Notes under the pieces: generated by a model | Seen by the model: the letters and a program-made list of their open reading frames with translations, nothing else | The model's database searches: none | Told to the model about the DNA's origin: nothing | Assembly (NCBI GenBank): GCA_038087875.1 | Contig: JAXLNO010000065.1 | Coordinates: 124,001-188,000, forward strand | Direction of reading: 5' to 3' | Length of the DNA stretch: 64,000 bases | DNA from: Malacoraja senta | Taxonomy: Eukaryota | Program-made: the position numbers and the translations under genes | Part shown: one piece after another, positions 49,031 through 61,099 of the stretch | How the letters are laid out: every line of letters begins with the position of its first letter | How positions within the stretch are numbered: position 1 is the stretch's first letter

Positions 49031-50624
49031 CTATTTACTGGTGTTATGTTTTTCCTATTTTGAGTTGGTCTCTGTTCTGCCCATTAGTGTTTTCAATTAT
49101 TAATTATTTTATTTTTAGTCTATTGAATCACTGAGTCAGATATAACAATTTCTCATTATATTTCTTGCATCAATCATTGTTCCAATCATTTGCTGTGCAT
49201 CATTCATTGATTGAACAGTTCTTTGTAAAATCATTCTCTGGAGTATTGGGCTGTTGAGTAATTCACTGTGTCAATCATTGTTCTGTTGATTTGCTCATTG
49301 ATCTTTATCTTTGATCAATTGGATCATTGGGCTTTGAATGAGCCATTGATGAGATGATTGGTATATTAAATTATTAATTGGTACAATTTATTTGTACAGT
49401 TCATTAATTCCTATTATTACTAGTTTGCTGAAGGTGCTCTGATTATTGGGCTGTACAGCAACATGTTCTTTTGACTCATTCATTCTTTGATCGGTCCATG
49501 ATCCAACGTAAGTGCTTTGAACTGATTCATTGACTTGATTGTTCATGTATTGATTCATTTGCTGGTCTATTAGCCTGAGAATCATTGTTCAATGACCAGA
49601 CTGACTCATTCGCCATTAAATTATATCATTGGTCTAGTTACAGCACCTTGCCTGTTGAGTCTCTTTGATCTGATTATTGGCTTGCTGAATCTTTCTATTT
49701 TTTTTCCATTTTTCAATAATGCAATTATTGGCTTGTTGAATAAGTCATTACCCTCTTCAATGATTCATTACTCTGATTGTTGAACTATAGTGTGATCTGC
49801 AGATACATTTATTTGATGGTTGGTCAATTGTACCTTGAATTAGTTCTAGTATTCAGCTCACATATGCCTCTCAGCAACTCTTTATGTGTGCTGTAAGTTG
49901 TACTTTGACTTCTAGTACAGCCAGTATCTTTCTCCAATTACAACCTCCTCCATTCCCACCCAGGGCACTGCAGGATGTTAATCTCTCCTCGAGGTGGAAG
50001 CTGATGTTGTTTTGTTGTTGTCCCCCTGATCCCACTGCTTTATTCATGATTGGAGGTTAGTTGGCACCCACACACTTTGCAAACATTTTTGAAAAGTGTT
50101 GTTTCCTTCCCCTTTTTACTGCAAAAGCAATTCAAATTTAGACAATAAAATCACAATGGTGGCATTGGCCACTGTACATCAGCAGGAAGTGTGGGTTTGC
50201 ACATAAGGTGTATGAAATGCATTTAAAAACCACCTGTCTTTGATAAGCCATTCACTTGCAGTGAAATGTGGATCAGATCTGTCTCAAAGCTGCCACAGTC
50301 AAAGTTCATGGGAAGGAAGTTCGTATGCATAGTTCGGTGAGGTTGAAGCAAAAAGAGTTCAGTGGTGCTTTAATGTCACATGTGCAAAGTGCAGTGAAAT
50401 TCTTTTTTTATGAAGAGTCCAGTAGACTTCTATCTAAGTAACTGTCAAACACCTTCTAAATATTATATTTGTATGTGCCTTCATCACCCCTTCTGACAAC
50501 TCGTTTCAGATATTTACCAGCCTCTGTGCAAAAAAACCATACCCTCATATCTCCTCACACCTTAAACCTGCTCTCTAATTTTAGACTCCCTTACCCTAGA
50601 GAAAACAGTCTTTAGACTATCTAA

Positions 50625-50900
50625 AAAAAAATCAGAATGCTGGAGTAACTCGGCGGGTCAGGCAGCATCAATGGAGAATGTGATGAGGTGACGTTTGGGG
50701 TCAGGATCCTTCTTCAGACTGATTGTGGTAAGGAGGTAGGATGAGGGGGGGAGGGGATAAAATCTGGCAAGTAGTAGGTGCATACAAGTGAGGAGAGTTT
50801 TTGATAGGAAGATGGTTGGACTAAGACCAGAGATGAAAAGACCGAAGGTGTGAGACAAAAGGATTGAAGAATTGTGAATTGTGAAGCTAGAGGAAGGAAT
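50625..50900 (-). mobile_element. Penelope terminal fragment nested in an old CR1
   Basis: Minus strand AGT-CTGAAGA-AGGATCCTGACCC-CAAACGTC-ACC. Confidence 0.65.
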
Positions 50901-51489
50901 AGACTATGTATCCTATCTATGCGCATCATAATTTTCTAAACCTTCTGCAAAGTTGTCCCGCAGCCTCCTATGTTCCAATGTTAATAAATCCAGCCTATCC
51001 AATCTGTCCTTATACCTACAGCCCTCTATTCCAAGTGACATCGTTGTGAATCTTTTCTACACTCTTTCGAACGTTACCACATAACCAGAACTGATCACGG
51101 TACTCCATGTGCGGTCTAATTAATGTTCAGCACAACTGCGACGTGACGTCCCAACTCTTATTTTCAATCTCAGCCCTTGATGCAAGCTTACCAAATGTCT
51201 TCTTCACTACCCTACTGCACCTGTCTCACCAGGAAAGCTTGAACTTGCACCCTAAAGTCCCTTTGTGCATTAACACTTCCTGGGACAGTTGTTCAGTCAG
51301 GTTCACTTACCATCAGAGACGGGCGCAATATTAACCTCGGCAACAGACTACAGAGTTGAGGCTTTGCATCTGTAGGGGGTCATCAGTAGATAATTCCCTG
51401 TCGTTGATGCAACCAACACGCTCCCATCCCGTCCCCTGTCCACCCCGCTTGGGCAGAAACTGACGGCATTATTTTCCGTTTGTGTTTAG

Positions 51490-51940
51490 AGAAAGATGGT
51501 GCACCCCTCCAGAGAGAGGACTAGCAAGCCACGAGGCACCGGCGTGTAAAGAGTTTGAGAAGAGCGCTGGCCGGCTGCTATCAGTAGCAGAGCCTGGTGG
51601 GCAGTCAGACTTTGGACTGTGGAGAGGTGAGTGATGAGATGATGCTTGCTGTACAGCGTCGGATAGGGCAGTGTAAAGCCAGCATGCCTCTTCTTGTGAT
51701 CGCCTGAAGGTTGAAAAGCCACATACATGCTTAACTTTACTTTTCTCTCCGGAACAGGTGGACATTTTATTGTGTGCCTTGGAGAGGCTGCTGATGGAGT
51801 TGCAATGGGCCTTGAAGTGGCTGAGGAGAGGTGATGGAAGGGTCTGTACACTTGGAAGATCAATAAGGCCAGATTTTAGTAGGAGTGAGCACATTGGAGG
51901 TGAGGCAGGTCGCCCGAGCCAGCGCCACCCTACCTCACTG
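51490..51940 (+). pseudogene. Degenerate spliced gene remnant, possibly the Myb/SANT accessory gene of a Harbinger transposon
   Basis: Exon 51490-51626 (tttag|...GAG|gtgagt) and a 131-nt intron with branch-like CTTAAC, pyrimidine tract and CAG at 51755-57; RKMVHPSRERTSK loosely resembles the xKxAHNxRERxxTGGG segment; contains stops. Confidence 0.3.
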
Positions 51941-51944
51941 TAAT

Positions 51945-52430
51945 AGTTTAGTTTATTCTCGCATGTACCAAAGTGAAACGTTTTTTGGCGCCTGCTATGC
52001 AGTCAGCAAAAAAACGATCAATCAAGCCATCCACAGTGTACAGACACAGGAAAAAGGGAAGAACGTTTAGTGTAAGCTAAAGTCCAGTAATGTCCGATTA
52101 TAGATAGTCCATAGCTCTTGAATGAGGTAATGAGAGGTCAGGATCACTCTCTAGTTAGTGATAGGATGGTTCAGTTGCTTGATAACAGCTGGGAAGAAAC
52201 AGCCCTGAATATGAAAGGGTGCGTTTTCAAACTTCTTTGTACTTGCCTGTTGGGAGAGGGGAGAAGAGGGAATGTCCATGGTGAAATTCATCCTTGATTA
52301 TGCTGGTGGCCTTGCAGAGGCAGCGTGAAGTGTAGATGGAGTCAGTGGAAGGGAGGTTGGTTTGTGTGATGGTCTGTGCTGCGTCCACAATTCTCTGCAA
52401 TTTCTTGTGGCCTTGGGTGGAGCTTTCCCA
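51945..52430 (-). mobile_element. Rex1/Babar-type LINE 3' fragment
   Basis: TCCTTGATTATGCTGGTGGCCTTGCAGAGGCAGCGTGAAGTGTAGATGGAGTC encodes DSIYTSRCLCKATSIIKD on the - strand. Confidence 0.75.
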
Positions 52431-52574
52431 AACCGATAATAGAATTCAGTGGACAAGGATGGGCGGGAGCCTGATGATGAGGTGCCACAGTCTGCTGTCT
52501 CTCCGACCCCTGTACCATACGCCAGTTAACAAGCAGAACCTATGAGAGGCAGGCAGCCAAACGCGTCAATTGGG

Positions 52575-53165
52575 GACACGAGAGACTGCCGTTGCTGGAA
52601 TCTGATGGAGGAACTCATCTGGTCAAGTGGACCAAAGGGATGGTCAATGTTACGGGTCATGTCTCAACATCAGGACTGAGAGTGTAGAGGCAAGGTTGCC
52701 TGCATATGAAGGTGAGGGGAAAGGTTGAGACAGGGGTTGACAAGTGGTCAGTGAAACCAAGTGAGCAGGAATGTTAGGGCACAGTGGGGAAGGTGGTGAA
52801 GTGGGAGGGAGGACCTTGACAAGAAGCTGGTGGGTGACAAGTGGATTTGGAAAAGGTAAGAAAATTGGAGGCAAGTATGAGAAGGGGGAAGGTAGAGACA
52901 GAGGCTGGTGGCTGATAAGTGGAACCAGATAAGAGAGGGACGATGGGAGGAAAGCGGGGATAGAAAAGACAGGCGGGGGGAAGGAGAAGCCCTGGTGGAT
53001 ATGTTTGTGGGCAATAGGCGAATGGAAATAGGAAAGGTGTGCAAGGAAGAGAGAATGTGGGTGCCCTGATGGGAGTGTGAAAGAAACAGAGAGGGACAGG
53101 GTTACCCGAAACTGCAAAATTCAATCTTCATACCATTGGGCTATTGCCATCCAAATGCAATATGT
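52575..53165 (-). mobile_element. Older Penelope-like 3' end
   Basis: Minus strand ...CCCAATGGTATGAAGATTGAATT (PNGMKIEF), a long pyrimidine-rich UTR and degenerate CTGATGT...GACCCGTAAC. Confidence 0.55.
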
Positions 53166-53499
53166 CAACTGGGCTTTGAAAGAGGGACGTGGGGTGGGTG
53201 AAGTCAAGAGGCATTGGATCCCATTGTGATGTGGAAGATGCCAAACCCTTGTGAACCTGGATTCGGAGGCGGTCATATTATTAACAGATGCCTGTGTTAT
53301 TCATTGTCCAGAGCTAAAGAACAGGTTGCTTCCATGACCAGGCTTCATTGTGACAAACTCCAGTAAAGTACACCTGCCTTGAATAAATTCTCAGCAGTTA
53401 TCTGACTGTATCAGAGACTAGACTGAACATTTGAGGCAATAATTATTGGGACTGCATTTTATCTTTCAAAAGTTATTGTTGTGACTTGTATTTATATTT

Positions 53500-53785
53500 A
53501 GTTTAGTTTAGTTTAGAGATACAGGCCCACCGAGTCCCGCTGACCAGCAATCCCCGCACATTAACACAATCCTACACACATTAGGGACAATTTACAATTT
53601 TACCAAGCCAGTTAGCCTACAAACCAGTATGTCTTTGGAGTGTGGGAAGAAACCAGAGATCTTGGAGAAAACCCACGGATGTTATGGGGAGAATGTACAA
53701 ACTCGGTACAGACAAGTACCCTAAGTCAGGATCGAACCCGGGTCGCTGGTGCTGTGGCAGCAACTCTACCGCTGCACCACTGTGC
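53500..53785 (-). mobile_element. V-SINE, full length
   Basis: Reverse complement of head, core and (TAAAC)n tail. Confidence 0.85.
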
Positions 53786-54394
53786 TCCTTCGTTGTTGCT
53801 TGCTCAGAGGAAAAGGACGTACCTTAGAATGGGGATGAGGAGGAATTTCTTTAGCCGAGGGTGGTGAATCTGTGGAATTCATTGCCACAGACAACAGTGA
53901 AGGCCAAGTCATTTGGGATTTTTAAAACAGAGATTGATAGGTCCTTTGAGAAACAAAGAACTGCAGATGCTAGTTTTTTACCAAAGATAGATTCAAAGTG
54001 CTGGAGTAACACGGCGGGTCAGGCAGCATCTCTGGACTACAGACTTGCAGACGTCTGTATTATGTTGTTTCAGGTCTTACTTTGGAGAAGCGAGAGGCTG
54101 CAGATGCTGCAATCCTGAGCCAAACCATCTGTTAGAGGAACAAAGCAAGTTGAGCAGCATCACTTTGACTATATTTTGAACACTTCAGAGTAGCTGTACT
54201 CCTTCCATGATTGGTGTCCAGGCCAGTACTGCCTTGACCTGGAGTGAGGCAGGGAACAGTGATGCAGTGAAGGAAACAGCTCCTTCTATAAATAAGAGTA
54301 ACTCCGCGGGTTAGGGAGCATCTCTGGTTGATGTTTTGGGTCGGGATCCTTCTTCAGACTGCTTCTATAGCCTACTCTGGAATATTGTGGACTT

Positions 54395-55160
54395 AGTCAT
54401 TTGTTTTTCAACTCCTCCAATATCATCTCTATTCTCATTAGATACCCCAAGCTGTGCACCCCAAGTCCTCTATTATCTCATTTCTTCCCCCACCCCATCC
54501 ACTCCAATTGTCCATCATCCGCACTCCCCCTCCCCCCCCCCCACCGGTTCCCCTCCCCCCACCGGGTCCCCTCCCCCAACTGTTCCCACCTTAACTCCCA
54601 TGTTTGGTTCCATATTTGGTTCCATGTTTCATTTTCCTTTTCTTTCCTATGAAATTCCATCATCTACAGCCCTTTATTGGTCACACCTATCACCTCCCAG
54701 CCACTGTCACTATGCAGAAACAAAGAATTGCAGAAGTTGGTTAATACACAAAGGGACACCAAGTGCTGGAGTAAGTCAGCAGGTCAAGCAGCACTGGAGA
54801 ACATGGATAGATGATGTTTCAGGTCGAGAAGAAGGGTAAAGGAGGGTCATGACCCGAAACGTCACATCCATGTTCTTCAGAGATACTGCCTGACATGCTT
54901 ACTCCAGCACTTTGTGTCTTTTTAGGAGCCTCTGTCAGTTTCTCCACCCTTCCCTCTCCCTTCTGACCTCTTCTGCAAGCAAACCCTCCTTGCCCTGATT
55001 CATCTATCACTTGCTAGCTCTTTTCCCTGTCCTTCCCCTCACCTCTTTGCACTGGCTATCTCCCCACTACTCTTTCAATCCAGATGAAGGGTCCCGGCCT
55101 GAAAGATCGATTGTCCATTTCCTTTCACAGATCTGCCGGATCCATTGAGTTCCTTTGGCA
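54395..55160 (+). mobile_element. Penelope-like 3' UTR with a nested inverted-repeat PLE fragment (54715-54925)
   Basis: C-rich UTR ending CAGATGAAGGGTCCCGGCCTGAAAGATC; inverted arms at ~54755-54830 and ~54843-54920. Confidence 0.55.
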
Positions 55161-56704
55161 GCTTGTTTGCTAACCCGCACAGGGACCAGGTTTGTGCACC
55201 CACACCACGTTGTCTGGGAAATTCAGTGTTGGAGTGCAAAAGAAAACTACAGCACAGTGCAAACATCCATTTACTTGTGTAAGAGACCCAGATATATATA
55301 TACCCTGGTAAATATTGACAATTATATAATCTTATTAGTGGATGATTACCACCCACCTCCTAAATGATCTGATCTCTTTGACCTAATTATTGGTATATTT
55401 AATATTTACTAATAAGATTATCAGTCTGCTCAAGCATGCATTAAACTTAATTAATTCACCGCAACGTTTAATCAATCATTGCAATGATTATTGGTCTGTG
55501 GAATAATTTATTGACCTGGTTATAGGTGTGTTGTATCGTTCTGAGCAACACTTGTGAGGTATTTACACAGGCGAACATACTGGGAATGGAGGGAAATAGA
55601 CAATGCTGGCAGATGGAATGAGTTAAATTGGCATTGTGGTTGGCATTGACATAGTGGGCCAAAGAGCCTGTTCCTGTGCTGTCCCATGCTGTACTATGTT
55701 CTCAGATCCTTTGCTGCTATTAGTTTCTGGAATAATTTGTGGATCTCGCCATTGGTCTGTTGAATCATGCACTCATCCGATTAGTGGTTTCTCAAATCAT
55801 TCACTGATCAGATTATTAATCTCTTGTAACTCGTATATTCATTATTGATCTGATTATTGGTCTGATGTATTGATCATTTGCTGACCTGAACATTCAGTCA
55901 TCAATCTGATTATTATGTTGTTTTCTCCTTCATTGTGGTTAATTTATTAACCTGCAGTGTATTGTTAATTGATCTGATTAATAGATTATTCATTAATCAG
56001 GTTCTTGTCTATCAAACCATTAATCAATCTGATTAATTGTTTGTTATCTGTTTATTGACCTGTTAATAGTTAATCTGTAGTTAATCTGATTATTGGTCTC
56101 AATCCATTGTTGATCTAATTATTGATCTGCTCAAGGTTGACTATTGGATGATGAGCCTTGTTCTTGCAACATTGAATTTGATTATTGCTTTTTTGAACCA
56201 TTGACTGCAATGAGTAAAGAATCCTTGGAATTGAACACAATCTGACGCAGATCTATTGTAATGAAAGCAGAAAATACTGAAAACACTTAGCAGGTCAGTT
56301 ATGACAAAGGATCTCGGATTTGAAACATCAGCCATTTCTCTCTCCACAGATGTCGCCTGAACTGCTGACTTTAGACTTTTGACCTTAAAAATCCAGTGTG
56401 GGGTTGCCTTTTTTTCAATGGGGTTGGTAGTCCGTCCAAGAATCTGGTTTCTCAGTAGTGGGGCTGGCGTTTCTAGCACAGGGCAGAGATATACCCGTGG
56501 GAATTAGACTTTACTCTAGGTTTTAAAAAATCCAGCATGGAAACAGGCCCTTCAGTCAGCGATTGCCCCATACACTAGCATAAACTTACACACTAGGGCA
56601 ATTTATAATGTACAAAAGCCAATAAACCCACAAACCTGCACGTCTTTGGAGTATGCGAGGAAACCGGAGCACCCAGAGAAAACCTACAGGGAGAACGTAC
56701 ATAC

Positions 56705-57322
56705 TGAATGAATGAATAGGTTTATTGGCCAGGTATGTACACATACAAGGGATTTGCCTTGGTGCTCCGCTCGCAAGTAACAACACGACATACAGTAAAC
56801 AATTAAGAATAAAACATAAAACATTAAAACATTAAGAATAAAACATTATAGTTTAAACATGTAAATGAAATAAAATACCAGAGCAAAAGGAGGCTACATA
56901 CTTTTGGTTATTGAGTAGAGCTACTGCTCGTGTAAAAGATGCAGTTTTTATGTCGGGCTGTGGCGGCTTTGACAGTCCGGAGTCGCCTTTCAGAGGGAAG
57001 TGCTTCAAAGAGTTTGTGGCCAGGGTGAGAGGGGTCAGAGATGATGTTACCCGCTCACTTCCTGGCCCTTGCAGTGTACAATTCATCAATGGGGAGAAGG
57101 TTGTAGCCAACAACCTTCTCAGCTGATTGAACGATTCGCTGCAGCCTCCGGATGTCGCGCTTGGTGGCTGAGCCAAACCAGACCATGAAGGTGAAGGTGA
57201 GGACAGACTCTACGATGGCAGTATAGAATTGGACCGTCATTGCCTGTGGCAGATTGTGTTTCCTCAGCTGCCACAGGAAGTACATTGTCTGCTGGGCCTT
57301 TTTGACCTTGGAGTCGATGGTG
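56705..57322 (-). mobile_element. Rex1/Babar LINE 3' fragment (young), inserted in a V-SINE
   Basis: MYFLWQLRKHNLPQAMTVQFYTAIVESVLTFTFMVWFGSATKRDIRRLQRIV; (TTCA)n tail. Confidence 0.9.
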
Positions 57323-58450
57323 AGTTGACTGTTGAGTCGAAGGACTCCATTTCAGGAGTCTCACCCTATTTCTTTTATTTTATGTCTTTGTTTTAGATTT
57401 TAATTTACTGTTCCTGCACTATTGTATGAGGAAACCAAACGAATATCAGTTTGCAGATGTATTTGTTGATCACAGTAAACCTCATTAACTGATATGATGA
57501 TTACTCTGTTGAATTATTGGCTAATTAAATGATTGGACATTTGGATTCATCAATGAATACATTTTTGATGTGTGGATCCATGCTATGAATAGCTTATTGG
57601 TGTAGTCAATTGTTGAGTCAATCAATTAAATAATTATTGGCCTGTTGAATCATTCTCCCCTTTCCTACTGTTCTGCCCATTATCTTGAGATATGGATGTG
57701 GTGGGTTGAGGAACCTGTCCCTAAGCTGTACAACGTTATGATTATGTGTAGCCCCATAGAATTGTTCATTGCTCTGATTTGTTTCCTATTTAAAATAATT
57801 CAAGGTACCAATTATTGCTCTGTTGAATCATTCATCAATCAATTGATTATTATTTAACTTATTGCTTGCCCTGATGATTACTTGATGTGGCTAATAGTTT
57901 TTTAAATCATCCTGTGACTTACTTCATACTTTAATCAATAATCTAATCATCATGCGAATCATTCACTGTATGATTATTGGTCTGTTTACTGATTGTATTT
58001 TAGCTTTAGGAATGAATCAAATGACCATTAACCAGATTAGTGAATGATTCATCAAAACAATATTGCCAAACCTTGAATGATTCTTTCCACTAGTAACCAT
58101 ATCAGAGAACAATTCAAAACATTGAATCAGTTTAGCTATAAAACAATTAGATGACTGATTAATTGGTTAATTGGTTTCATAGCTAAGTTGATTGATCAGT
58201 GAAAGTTGCAGCAGACTAATAATCATTTCACTGACTCATTTCAAAAACTAGCAATCAATCCAGTGAAAGATACCAGAGACTGATATAACTAGTTTAAAAT
58301 CAGCTGCATGGTTCATAATTGATCTATTGCGTGTTCACATCCTGGTATTTTGGCCTGCAGCCGCACTTGCTATTAACAGGTTTGTGATGCCAATCGCTTG
58401 GCTGTCCAGTGTTGGGGCAGAGTTCAATGGTTCAATAGTTCTTTGTTATC

Positions 58451-58702
58451 TGTGATGACACATCCCCTATGAGGACCGTTCCTCCCCGAGCCACAGGCAA
58501 ACGAGTCACAGCCAAGTCCAATCATGGGTCATTGGACCAATTAACCAACCAATTTTCGATTCCCTAGACCTACTCCTGGTAAATCCTGGAGTCCACAGGG
58601 GAAGGGAGAGAGGAACCTGTGGGGATGATGCCAGATCCTCTTGTTTGTGTCTAGAAATAAAGCCCAGCTGGTGAGTTCACCTTACGGTGTGTGCCAGTGT
58701 CA
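58451..58702 (+). mobile_element. Possible solo LTR
   Basis: Starts TGTGATGACA, contains CCAAT motifs and AATAAA at ~58656, ends ...GTGTGCCAGTGTCA; no TSD found. Confidence 0.35.
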
Positions 58703-59340
58703 TAAGGTCATAAGGAATAGTAGAATTAAGCCATTCGCCCCATTAAGTCTACTCTGCCATTTAATCAGTATATTCATTATTGATCTGGCCTCATGACCAA
58801 TACCACATGACCTATGCCACATACCAAGATACAGTAAAATAGTTTTATTTTGCATACAGCTCAGTTGGATTATTGCCATACATAAATACAATCCCAGATT
58901 AAGTACAGCATGTATAGAAACAGCCCACTGAGTACATATTCGAGAGTCAGCAGGTTTTGGGGCTATTTTCCAAGTCTTCACTGCAGCTGGCCATTAAGGC
59001 CCGTTGCAGCCGTCATCTCCATCCGGATCGTCCTGTGCACCATCGTTCCTCACCTTGCAAGTCGCAAGTGATAACTAGCCCTCAGCGGGAGGATCCTGAT
59101 GCTCACCCCCCCCCCCCCCCGAATGCCTGTTGGCACATGACAATAAGAGATAATCAAAACCAGTTTAGATTTAAATAATTGATATCTTTTTTTAAAATAA
59201 AAGCATAACGTTTATTTCAGAGACTAAGATAACCAATCAATAAATATAACTCAATGAGTATGAATCAACAAATCAAGAATCTTATCAATGAATGGTTCAA
59301 TTCACATTAGCCCAGTGATCTAGTGAACATTATGATGTAG

Positions 59341-59642
59341 GGGGGCACGATAGCGCAGTGGTAGAGTTGCTGCCTTACAGCGCCAGAGACCCACGTTCGA
59401 TCCTGACTACGGGTGCTGTTTGTATGGAGTTTGTATGTTCTACCCCTGACCATGTGGGATTTCCGCGGGTGCTCTGGTTTCCACTCACGCTCCAAAGACG
59501 TACAGGTTTGTATGTTAATTTGGCTTCACTAAAAATTGAAAATTGTCCCTAGTGTGGAGGATAGTGCGAGTGTACGGGGATCGCTGGTCGGTAGGACTCA
59601 GTGAGCCGAAGGACCTGTTTCTGTGCTGTATCACTAAACTAA
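59341..59642 (+). mobile_element. V-SINE, full length
   Basis: A-box TAGCGCAGTGG, B-box GTTCGATCC, core and tail. Confidence 0.88.
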
Positions 59643-61099
59643 ATATAAATATATTATATGATATATAATATAGTGAACTGAGTGTGTACCAGTGGAATCA
59701 TTCTCTAAGATTACTGCTGGATTTGGGAATCATTAATCAATCTGATTATTGATGTCTTTAATCATGACTGTTGATATCATCAATTATTTAAAGCTTGGTT
59801 ATTAGAAGTTGACTTGTCTTTTAATATAGTTTTGTTTGCAGATGACTAATCCAGTTATTAATCTGATGGATAATCCACTGATTTGGTTACTACTTCATTG
59901 ATCATTTCCTTGATATAGTTATTGGTCCGTCAAATTCCTCACTGTTATAATAGTCTTCTGTTTAATGATATATTGACATTACTGCTTTGTAAAATCTTTC
60001 ATCAAGTCGATTATTAGTTTGTTCAGCGATTTGATTTAATCATTCTCTGATGTGATTGAAGCATTCACTGATAGATATTGTTGTTGGTCTAAGGGACCAT
60101 ACTCTGACTTTGCTGTTGCAATGTCAGTTTCTTCCAGTTATTGATTTGGTCTGTTTATCCATTTATTGATTTAATATTTAGACTACAGAATCATTCATTT
60201 TCCTATCAGTCTGTTGAATATCACAACCTGCATAATTATCTATTGAATTACTCAGTTATCTAATTATTGTTGTGTTGAGCTATTCGTTAATTGAATTATT
60301 GGTCCATAGAATAATTAATACCGATTATTTTCCTGCTTCATCATTCACAGAGCAAGTTATTCATCCATAGACATATTTACCGATGATTATTCATTTGCTG
60401 ATTCTACCCATTGGTTTGAAGAGTGATGTATTAATTTGGTTACTAGTTAGTGAAACAATTCTCTAAACATTAGTGGTTTCTCCAGTCATTAACTGTTCTG
60501 ACTGTTGGTACATTGGTCATTTACAGATCTGCCATTGCTTGAATGATCATTCAATGCTTTAAGTTTAGTTTATTGTCACGTGTACCGGGGTACAATGAAA
60601 AGCTTATTTCTGTGTGCTAACCAGTCAGCAGAAAGGTTAAAAATGGAGTCATCCACAGTGTACAGATACGTGATAAAGGGAATAATATTTAGTGCAAGAT
60701 AAAATCCGATTAAAGATTGTCCCAGGGTCTCCAATGACTGGTAGTCTGTTGAAATAATACAGCAAATGGTTTGCAGAGTGATTTTATTTACCCAATAATG
60801 AATTAATCTGGTGAATCATAAATAAACATCCTTATTATTGGATCATTCATGATCTTATAATTGATCTAACGACTCAATAATTGGCATGATTATTAGTCAT
60901 GAATTTTTCTGATCATCTTAGTGGTCTGTTGAATGATTTACTGATCTGGATGATATTGTTGATCGAATAATTGCTCTACTAAATCTTGTTAACTGTTCTG
61001 TGAAATCATTCACTGCACAGATTGTTGGCCTGCTGAATTTTATCACTGCTCAGTTAGTGATCTCTAGAATCATTCATTGATCTGCTTTCTAGCAGGGCC

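Noticed and set aside
49840..53430. Inverted terminal similarity between the island ends (AAAGTACA...ATAAA...ACTAGA)
   Set aside because: The match is too patchy to distinguish from chance by eye.
52650..54839. Pro/Ser/Leu-rich ORFs (52650-53117, 54336-54839)
   Set aside because: They derive from pyrimidine-rich Penelope 3' UTR sequence.
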